Positions 1-7,549 of a stretch of 64,000 nt of DNA are shown one piece after another; the stretch's first letter is position 1, and the number at the start of each line of letters is the position of its first letter. Below the pieces are notes generated by a model that had not been told where the DNA came from, made no database searches, and saw only the letters and a program-made list of their open reading frames with translations. A program made the translations under genes and the position numbers. Source of the stretch: Eledone cirrhosa (Eukaryota); NCBI GenBank assembly GCA_964016885.1, contig OZ024743.1, positions 350,734,001 to 350,798,000 of the forward strand, in the 5' to 3' direction.

Positions 1-1451
1 CAGTAGACGTCCGCCAAGAGGCCTCCGAACAAGTCTGGCATCTGTACGTAAAGTTCATAGGGCAGACCATCCAAACCAGGCGATTTGCCCCTTGTGCAGC
101 CAGTCATCGCCTCCCTTACTTCAGCGGCTGTTATCGGCTTTTCGCAACACTTCGCCTCAGTGGCCGAGAGCCGCGGCAGTCCGTCGAGGTAGACACTAAA
201 GTCCATCCCTCTACCCGGCCCCCCGCTGCCCCCGAACAGCTGAGCGAAGTGTTGCTGAAAAGCTTCACACATTTGCCCGGGATCGAGTAGCATGCGCCCG
301 TCGTGGTCCACCAAAGACCGGATCGTGGCTTTGTTGCCACGACGCGCCTCCGCCACTCGGGCCCATTGAACGGCTTTCGTCCCCTCGTGTCTGAGAGCAC
401 GCACCCTAGCTCTGACAACGCAGCCTTCGTGCTTTGCATTGAAGAATTGGTCAAGGGCCAATTTCGCCGCAAGCACGTCGGTCGCAATGCCTTTGCTAAG
501 CGCCTCGTCTAATTTTCTAACTAGTTCTCCCTCTGCTCTATTTTTCTCTATTGCTAAAGCCTTACTAAACCTAATCGATTCTATTCTAATCGCTCTTTTC
601 AGAGCAAACCACCACTTGTTGTTGACGATGGCCCCCGTCAACGCCCGCTTAACTAGTTCGCTAATCCGGTCTCTGTAGGCCTTGCGCGCTGGTAAGGACG
701 CGTTTAGCTTCCAGTAGCCGGGTCCTCGTCTATGAAGCCTATCTAAGTCAAGCACACAGATCACAAATTTGTGGTCCGTGTAGCTGACTATCTTGAATTG
801 TGGACAGCCTATGCTAGACCTATCTATTTCCCTACAAAATACTCTATCTAGATATGATCTGGATGACCCTATGCGGTTTGTCCAAGTCCACATTGGCACA
901 TTCGGGAAATCCAATCGGTACCTGTCAGACAGTTCAAAACGCCTGAGCAGGTTGGTGAGGCTCTTGCACCCTCCACCCCTATCCGCTAATCCCACACAGT
1001 CCCAGCGTGCATCTAAGATCCCGTTCCAGTCGCCCACTAACACTAAAGAGCGGGACGTTCCAAGAAAGGTCTCCAGACGCCGGAAGAAATCAGGCCGCCC
1101 TGCTCCTGTCGGGGCATAGACGGCCACTAGCCTGAAAGCTTGCCCGTCTCCGCTGGTCACGTCCAGCACCACCAGCTTACCCTCTGGGTCCAGGAAGATG
1201 GCCCGTATGGCGAGATCCAAACCTCTCCGAAAAAGCACAGCAACTCCTCCACCGGATCCAGGACGGCTGGGAGATGCGTACACATCGAAGCCGCCGAAGA
1301 TCGGTGCGAAGGCCCGTGCTTCGGAGATTCTGGTCTCGCTGATGGCCACTACATCTATGTTTAGTGACCTGAGGTCGTTGAGCAGGTGACCCTGCTTCCA
1401 TGACGACCCCAAGCCACGCGCATTTATGCTGCCTATTCTGAGTGAGGTCAT
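1..1451 (-). CDS. ORF2 of A1, partial (APE endonuclease and linker; runs off window)
   Basis: ATG at 1451. Sequence matches A2 ORF2 offset by 6063 bp (MTSLRIGSINARG...). Confidence 0.9.
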   Translation of the reverse strand, partial: MTSLRIGSINARGLGSSWKQGHLLNDLRSLNIDVVAISETRISEARAFAPIFGGFDVYASPSRPGSGGGVAVLFRRGLDLAIRAIFLDPEGKLVVLDVTSGDGQAFRLVAVYAPTGAGRPDFFRRLETFLGTSRSLVLVGDWNGILDARWDCVGLADRGGGCKSLTNLLRRFELSDRYRLDFPNVPMWTWTNRIGSSRSYLDRVFCREIDRSSIGCPQFKIVSYTDHKFVICVLDLDRLHRRGPGYWKLNASLPARKAYRDRISELVKRALTGAIVNNKWWFALKRAIRIESIRFSKALAIEKNRAEGELVRKLDEALSKGIATDVLAAKLALDQFFNAKHEGCVVRARVRALRHEGTKAVQWARVAEARRGNKATIRSLVDHDGRMLLDPGQMCEAFQQHFAQLFGGSGGPGRGMDFSVYLDGLPRLSATEAKCCEKPITAAEVREAMTGCTRGKSPGLDGLPYELYVQMPDLFGGLLADVY

Positions 1452-1486
1452 GTTTAAAATAGAGTGGAAAAGATGGGAAAGACCAC

Positions 1487-3580
1487 TTACCGTACTTTTG
1501 GTAGAGGAGGGATGGTTTTTACATCCCTTTTCACTTGATCGTCTGGTGAAGGGACCGTTGAATCGTCCCTTCGGCTGGTCGTCGGCTCTTCTAAGAGAAT
1601 GTCTGAGTATACTCTTCGATTGATGGTTCCTCCTAGGTCCCTGAAATCACCAACTGCGTTGGGGAATTTCGTTTTAATATTTGTGTATTGTTTCTGTGCT
1701 ATTTTTAGCAGTCTTATGTTAGTTGGCGTTTTGATTGGTGCTGGTATTATGTAGTCCTGTTGTGAAATGTCTGTGTGTTCAATTATGTAAGTCATTAGTT
1801 TCTTGTTGTGTGTATTTATTGCCGTGCATTTGTTTTTCTGGGGGTGGGGTGTGGTTCTGCTATTTTCTTGTCGTTGTTGCTGGGTGTGTGTGTTTTGTTG
1901 TTGTGTTTGCGATGTTGGTGCTTGTGGTGGTGGTGTTGAAGGTGTTGTTGGCGGTGGGGTTGTCGCCGGTGGTGATGGTGGCGCTAGTGTGGGTGGTGAT
2001 GGTGTTGGTGTTGTTGCTGCTGTGGGTCTCTTTGCAGTAGACTTTACCCTTTTCTCATTTCTTTCCTCACTTTTCAAAGGCGACGATGCGCTGCTTCTGC
2101 GTTTGTGCCTTCTTACGACCTTTTGCCATCTCTCTCCCACCTCACACTCCATGTCTGATTCTGTGAGGTCGGGGAGGGGTACCAACTCCACTCTTTCACT
2201 TGTTGTTGTTGGTGATGTTTGCACTGGAGTCTCTGTTGCAGCTGCATTTGGTATTGCTGTTGTTGTTGTTAGTATTTCCACTGCTGCTGCTGTTTTTGAT
2301 TTCCGTGGAGTGGGTATGGGTGCCACGGGCCTATCGTTCCTGGTTGCCGCTTGTCCTGTTGCTGGTAGCCGTGGAGCCGGATTCGGAAGGAGGGGGGTTT
2401 TCTCCTTTCTCAGGGTCTTCTCGTTGCAGAAGGCCCTGAGGTGAGTCTTCGATCCACAGCGAAAGCATTTCGGGCGTTTGCCCTCAACACTTATGGGCAG
2501 TTGAGTGCCGTTATCGAAGTCTATCACATCCGGGATAGCTTCGATGCACTCCTGGTTGGTTTGGATTAGCATCTCAATGGAGGAGCCGACCCAATCTTCT
2601 CTTACTTTTTTCTGTACTTGCAGTACAGTTGTTTTGTCCTCGATTCCGACGAGGACAGACGCGGCCAGCCAAGAAGGGGTCATTCCGGGGGGGACGTGGG
2701 TCAGTTTGACCCTCACAATTTTTTGCCCACAGTAGGAGGGCACCAACACCATTTCCTCGCTCCTTAGGGTCACTACTGATTGGGCCTTTGCCTCCTGGGG
2801 TGTGGCAAAAAGTACGTCTACGGTGGCATATTTTTTGCCTCGGGTGATGTGCGTTTTCCGCTGCCACACAGACCCCAAGGCTTTTTGTATTTGGGCCTCT
2901 GTGGCTCTTTCCACCCTACGGGATTTTGTACTTACTGTACGGTACGTGACCGTACAGTGCTCTTGGGTTTCGAAAAAATGTTTCGCTGCCTTGCAGATTG
3001 CTCGGTGTCCGTTCTTTGTCACCATCTTCTTCGCTTCCTCTAATTCCTCATTTGTTATGAGGATTGTTTCCAAATTTTTCGCAATACCTGCAAATGAGAT
3101 TGGTTTTTCTCTGCTGTTGTTGTTGTCGTCAGAGCTGCTGGTACTTTTGTTGTTGCTGCAGGTACTACGACTACTGCCTCCGCCGCTGTTGCTGTGGTTG
3201 TTGTTGGTGTTGCTGCTGCTAATGCTGTTGTTGTTTATGCTGCTGGTGATGCTGTTGCGGCTGCTACTGTTGTTTTCATTGTCACTGTTGCTGTTGTTAT
3301 TACGGCTGCTACTGCTATTATTCCTGACGTCAGACGAATGAACTGGGTTTTCGTATTTCCCGCACACCTGTTTCGTCGCTGTCGTCGTCGTGGAGAAACC
3401 TTGCACGCTTTGCACGAGACTTTTCTTTTCTTTCGTCACTTGCGAAAGAGAAGGGAGGGAGAGAGACACATTTAAAGAAGGGAGGGAGAGAGACAATCTT
3501 CTCTCTGCTGTAGTGATGATTGAGGAAGAAGAAGACGGAATGAGTGGGAGTGACGTATGAAATTTCTTTTTCGTAGCCAT
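1487..3580 (-). CDS. ORF1 of A1, gag-like nucleic-acid-binding protein
   Basis: 697 aa. N/S-rich N-terminus, SFAGIA motif, single CX2CX4HX4C knuckle (CFRCGSKTHLRAFC), T/P-rich linker. Confidence 0.92.
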   Translation of the reverse strand: MATKKKFHTSLPLIPSSSSSIITTAERRLSLSLPSLNVSLSLPSLSQVTKEKKSLVQSVQGFSTTTTATKQVCGKYENPVHSSDVRNNSSSSRNNNSNSDNENNSSSRNSITSSINNNSISSSNTNNNHSNSGGGSSRSTCSNNKSTSSSDDNNNSREKPISFAGIAKNLETILITNEELEEAKKMVTKNGHRAICKAAKHFFETQEHCTVTYRTVSTKSRRVERATEAQIQKALGSVWQRKTHITRGKKYATVDVLFATPQEAKAQSVVTLRSEEMVLVPSYCGQKIVRVKLTHVPPGMTPSWLAASVLVGIEDKTTVLQVQKKVREDWVGSSIEMLIQTNQECIEAIPDVIDFDNGTQLPISVEGKRPKCFRCGSKTHLRAFCNEKTLRKEKTPLLPNPAPRLPATGQAATRNDRPVAPIPTPRKSKTAAAVEILTTTTAIPNAAATETPVQTSPTTTSERVELVPLPDLTESDMECEVGERWQKVVRRHKRRSSASSPLKSEERNEKRVKSTAKRPTAATTPTPSPPTLAPPSPPATTPPPTTPSTPPPQAPTSQTQQQNTHTQQQRQENSRTTPHPQKNKCTAINTHNKKLMTYIIEHTDISQQDYIIPAPIKTPTNIRLLKIAQKQYTNIKTKFPNAVGDFRDLGGTINRRVYSDILLEEPTTSRRDDSTVPSPDDQVKRDVKTIPPLPKVR

Positions 3581-3795
3581 GTTGTTTTTTGTTTAAAATG
3601 AAATTTTGGGTACAAAACCCCAATAACTGGTTATTTAACCCCGAAGGGCCAAATAACGGACAGAAAGACCCCTCTCACGAGGAGGAGGGTGTCTTTATCA
3701 ACAATTTGGTTCAAGTTTTAAACAATTTACAATTGTTTTAACGGTTAAAAATTACTATACCTTACAGAGCCGAGCCTCCGTCAACCATGGCATTC

Positions 3796-3831
<36 letters not shown>
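3796..3831. repeat. (AAT)12 junction tract; (ATT)n tail/target on element strand
   Basis: 36 nt of pure AAT between the A1 5' end and the A2 3' end. Confidence 0.97.
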
Positions 3832-3833
<2 letters not shown>

Positions 3834-3856
3834 TTTCTTTATTAACCACAAGGGTT
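3832..3856 (-). terminator. Poly(A)-signal-containing 3' terminus (repeated in every unit)
   Basis: Element strand reads CCCTTGTGGTT-AATAAA-GAAATC-(ATT)n; family B has CCCTTGTGGCC-AATAAA-TGAAATC. Confidence 0.65.
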
Positions 3857-4094
3857 TACATAAAGTAGACATTAAGGACAGTGCAGGACAATGCAGGACG
3901 GTACAAATGGGCATTTCTGCGTGTAAAAAAAACAAAAATAGAGGATGTAACAAAAATAACAATGAAAATAACAATGAAAAATTCCCCAATAGGGGGGAGA
4001 CTTCGGAGGGACATTTGTGGAGAAAGCCCAGTAAAAAGCCACAATGACCCTGACCACCAAGGCAAGTGCCCTCTCCCAGTTTTCCACCTTTAGT

Positions 4095-7000
4095 TTACAG
4101 ATATATACTCAGAGTCGGCCCATTCACTCGGGCCATTCTTGCTTCTCTCACCCATCTTTCAACAAAATGCTGGGAAGAGAGCACTTCCTTCTCTACTCTG
4201 ATTTTCCTTTTCAAATGAAATTTGAAAAAGTCAATCAGAGCATCACCGAAGAGGTAAGTGCTCGTCTTCAGCCCTTTCAAACGTGTCCACCATACTATCT
4301 CTTTCGCCATGGCCACCAGACAGATAAAAACTGCCTGCCCTTCCCGGCTAAAGGAGGAGGGCGGGGCAATCCTCACGATAGACTCAGATGATAGCTGGAT
4401 CCGTCCTAAACGCGACAGCAGGTGTTCGACATAAACCCACAAGTCAGCAATTTTCGGACACTGGACGAGTGCGTGCAGGACGGTTTCGTCGCCCTGCGCG
4501 CATCTCGGACATGCCCGGCTGACGGCACCTCCATGCCTGTAGAGTTTATCCCGAACTGGCAAGGCTCCTCGGTAGCACTGCCAGGCCAGAGATTTCTGGA
4601 AGTTGTCCATAGGCCCTGGCCCGAAAGTTCTTCCGAAGAGATTGGCTAGTTGATTTTCGTCGACGCCTAGAGTTTCCCCAAGTACGTCGTCGCTCTTCCC
4701 CTCCACTAATCCTCTATAGAACGCCGAGGTGGAGTTTCCACCGATCACATTGCCCGATTGGTCGAGGGCTGTGAGCGCCTGAAGACATTCCAGTCTCCAG
4801 GCGCTCCCTCTCGGTCTTCGCTTGACCCAGGACTGCAGCTCCGTCAAGGAAACGAGCTGGGGAAAAACGCGTCTAGCAAACGGCGACCACACCTGATCAC
4901 CGTCGAGGAAGAGGTGGAGATGTCGTAGCCTGAGCGCGTGCCTGCGCATCATCAGCCACGGCATGCCCAGCCCTCCACGTAGCGGGTGTTGACAACAGAT
5001 GGACCGCCTGACCATCGGAGCACGTCCCTTCCACAAAAAGCGAAAGAGCAAACGCTCCAGCGCAGTCAGGCGAGGCTTAGGACAAGGTACGACGGTTAGG
5101 CGGTAGCAGATGACAGACGCGATGTACGCGTTAGCCACCTCCGCTCGACCTTTCAGGGATAGCTTCCTCTCCGCCCATTTCTGGGTGAGAGAAGCCACCC
5201 TGCTCGTCACCTCGTCCCAGTTTTTGTCCGTCTGGAGGTCCGGACCGAACCAGACCCCTAGCAATTTAACCGGTCCGTCCGTCCAGCGCCCGACGACGCT
5301 GTTGGACGGCATGGACCTGCCTCTCCAGGTGCCGAGCTGCAGGCCCACTGACTTTTCCTGGTTGATCATTGCTCCTGTCACCGCTTCGTATTCTCTTAGT
5401 GTAGTGCCGATCGCCTCGATGTGTTTGGCGTTCGACACCACTACGGTGACATCGTCCGCATATGCTGACACGGATCTTCCGCATCCTAGTTCGCGCGGGA
5501 CTCCCCTCAACGTCTCCAGTTTGTGCAGTAATGGCTCGAGAGTCAATACGTACAAGAGGGACGAGAGGGGACATCCTTGGCGGACCGAGCGCATGATGTT
5601 GAACGGTTCCGACAGGTGACCGTTCACTCTCACCACAGAGCAGATGTCGCTGTGCATGGCAGCGATCCAGCCTCTGAAGACGGGCCCAAAGCCAGCCGCC
5701 CTCAGGACTGCCGCTAGGTAACGATGGTCGACCCTATCGAAAGCTTTCGACTGATCTAAATTGATCAAGGACCCACCCGTGCCAGGTTCCCTAGCTACCC
5801 TCTCTACGATGTATCGCATGAGGTGGAGGTTGTCGTGGATGGATCTGTCGGGAATGGCGCATGTCTGCGCCTCTCCCACCAGACCACCAACGACAAGCGC
5901 CAACCTCTTTGCTAGCACCTTGGCCAAAATCTTAAACTCTGTGTTTAGCAGAGTTATGGGCCGGAAATTGTCTATGTTATCCCCCTTGTTCGGATCCTTT
6001 CTCAGCAGTGCCACCGCTCCTCGGCTCACAGAACTGGGAATTCTCCCGTTCTGTTGCCAGTTGCAGTAGACGTCCGCCAAGAGGCCTCCGAACAAGTCTG
6101 GCATCTGTACGTAAAGTTCATAGGGCAGACCATCCAAACCAGGCGATTTACCCCTTGTGCAGCCAGTCATTGCCTCCCGTACTTCAGCGGCTGTTATCGG
6201 CTTTTCGCAACACTTCGCCTCAGTGGCCGAGAGCCGCGGCAGTCCGTCGAGGTAGACACTAAAGTCCATCCCTCTACCCGGCCCCCCGCTGCCCCCGAAC
6301 AGCTGAGCGAAGTGTCGCTGAAAAGCTTCACACATTTGCCCGGGATCGAGTAGCATGCGCCCGTCGTGGTCCACCAAAGACCGGATCGTGGCTTTGTTGC
6401 CACGACGCGCCTCCGCCACTCGGGCCCATTGAACGGCTTTCGTCCCCTCGTGTCTGAGAGCACGCACCCTAGCTCTGACAACGCAGCCTTCGTGCTTTGC
6501 ATTGAAGAATTGGTCAAGGGCCAATTTCGCCGCAAGCACGTCGGTCGCAATGCCTTTGCTAAGCGCCTCGTCTAATTTTCTAACTAGTTCTCCCTCTGCT
6601 CTATTTTTCTCTATTGCTAAAGCCTTACTAAACCTAATCGATTCTATTCTAATCGCTCTTTTCAGAGCAAACCACCACTTGTTGTTGACGATGGCCCCCG
6701 TCAACGCCCGCTTAACTAGTTCGCTAATCCGGTCTCTGTAGGCCTTGCGCGCTGGTAAGGACGCGTTTAGCTTCCAGTAGCCGGGTCCTCGTCTATGAAG
6801 CCTATCTAAGTCAAGCACACAGATCACGAATTTGTGGTCCGTGTAGCTGACTATCTTGAATTGTGGACAGCCTATGCTAGACCTATCTATTTCCCTACAA
6901 AATACTCTATCTAGATATGATCTGGATGACCCTATGCGGTTTGTCCAAGTCCACATTGGCACATTCGGGAAATCCAATCGGTACCTGTCAGACAGTTCAA

Positions 7001-7514
7001 AACGCCTGAGCAGGTTGGTGAGGCTCTTGCACCCTCCACCCCTATCCGCTAATCCCACACAGTCCCAGCGTGCATCTAAGATCCCGTTCCAGTCGCCCAC
7101 TAACACTAAAGAGCGGGACGTTCCAAGAAAGGTCTCCAGACGCCGGAAGAAATCAGGCCGCCCTGCTCCTGTCGGGGCATAGACGGCCACTAGCCTGAAA
7201 GCTTGCCCGTCTCCGCTGGTCACGTCCAGCACCACCAGCTTACCCTCTGGGTCCAGGAAGATGGCCCGTATGGCGAGATCCAAACCTCTCCGAAAAAGCA
7301 CAGCAACTCCTCCACCGGATCCAGGACGGCTGGGAGATGCGTACACATCGAAGCCGCCGAAGATCGGTGCGAAGGCCCGTGCTTCGGAGATTCTGGTCTC
7401 GCTGATGGCCACTACATCTATGTTTAGTGACCTGAGGTCGTTGAGCAGGTGACCCTGCTTCCATGACGACCCCAAGCCACGCGCATTTATGCTGCCTATT
7501 CTGAGTGAGGTCAT
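4095..7514 (-). CDS. ORF2 of A2: APE endonuclease, reverse transcriptase and C-terminal zinc finger
   Basis: 1139 aa. EN motifs SINARG, SET, VYAP, GDWN, YLDR, TDH; GPGYWKLN linker; RT motifs KSPGLDG, FRPITLLN, DQSKAFDRVDH, RQGCPLS, YADD; CPRC..ETVLHALVQC finger, as in L1/Tx1 ORF2. Confidence 0.97.
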   Translation of the reverse strand: MTSLRIGSINARGLGSSWKQGHLLNDLRSLNIDVVAISETRISEARAFAPIFGGFDVYASPSRPGSGGGVAVLFRRGLDLAIRAIFLDPEGKLVVLDVTSGDGQAFRLVAVYAPTGAGRPDFFRRLETFLGTSRSLVLVGDWNGILDARWDCVGLADRGGGCKSLTNLLRRFELSDRYRLDFPNVPMWTWTNRIGSSRSYLDRVFCREIDRSSIGCPQFKIVSYTDHKFVICVLDLDRLHRRGPGYWKLNASLPARKAYRDRISELVKRALTGAIVNNKWWFALKRAIRIESIRFSKALAIEKNRAEGELVRKLDEALSKGIATDVLAAKLALDQFFNAKHEGCVVRARVRALRHEGTKAVQWARVAEARRGNKATIRSLVDHDGRMLLDPGQMCEAFQRHFAQLFGGSGGPGRGMDFSVYLDGLPRLSATEAKCCEKPITAAEVREAMTGCTRGKSPGLDGLPYELYVQMPDLFGGLLADVYCNWQQNGRIPSSVSRGAVALLRKDPNKGDNIDNFRPITLLNTEFKILAKVLAKRLALVVGGLVGEAQTCAIPDRSIHDNLHLMRYIVERVAREPGTGGSLINLDQSKAFDRVDHRYLAAVLRAAGFGPVFRGWIAAMHSDICSVVRVNGHLSEPFNIMRSVRQGCPLSSLLYVLTLEPLLHKLETLRGVPRELGCGRSVSAYADDVTVVVSNAKHIEAIGTTLREYEAVTGAMINQEKSVGLQLGTWRGRSMPSNSVVGRWTDGPVKLLGVWFGPDLQTDKNWDEVTSRVASLTQKWAERKLSLKGRAEVANAYIASVICYRLTVVPCPKPRLTALERLLFRFLWKGRAPMVRRSICCQHPLRGGLGMPWLMMRRHALRLRHLHLFLDGDQVWSPFARRVFPQLVSLTELQSWVKRRPRGSAWRLECLQALTALDQSGNVIGGNSTSAFYRGLVEGKSDDVLGETLGVDENQLANLFGRTFGPGPMDNFQKSLAWQCYRGALPVRDKLYRHGGAVSRACPRCAQGDETVLHALVQCPKIADLWVYVEHLLSRLGRIQLSSESIVRIAPPSSFSREGQAVFICLVAMAKEIVWWTRLKGLKTSTYLFGDALIDFFKFHLKRKIRVEKEVLSSQHFVERWVREARMARVNGPTLSIYL

Positions 7515-7549
7515 GTTTAAAATAGAGTGGAAAAGATGGGAAAGACCAC

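Larger units (their letters stand above)
1..3795 (-). mobile_element. Tx1-clade LINE family A, copy A1 (5' part; 3' part outside window)
   Basis: 5' end GAATGCCATGG at 3795, ORF1 and the 5' 1451 nt of ORF2 match the complete copies. Confidence 0.95.

Noticed and set aside
1470-1480. Calicivirus-type TURBS reinitiation motif in the ORF1-ORF2 spacer
   Set aside because: The sense strand has UCCCA rather than UGGGA, and it lies downstream of the stop.
1735-3475. Plus-strand ORFs of 100-213 aa antisense to ORF1, repeated in each unit
   Set aside because: V/L/G/C-rich shadows of low-complexity ACA/CCA codons, mostly with non-ATG starts and no domain signal.
3664-3700. HDV-like ribozyme in the 5'UTR (CCTCCTCGT resembles the R2/HDV L3 loop)
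   Set aside because: P3 would contain a mismatch, and no P1/P1.1/P2 pseudoknot or J4/2 could be built. The segment folds as a simple hairpin.
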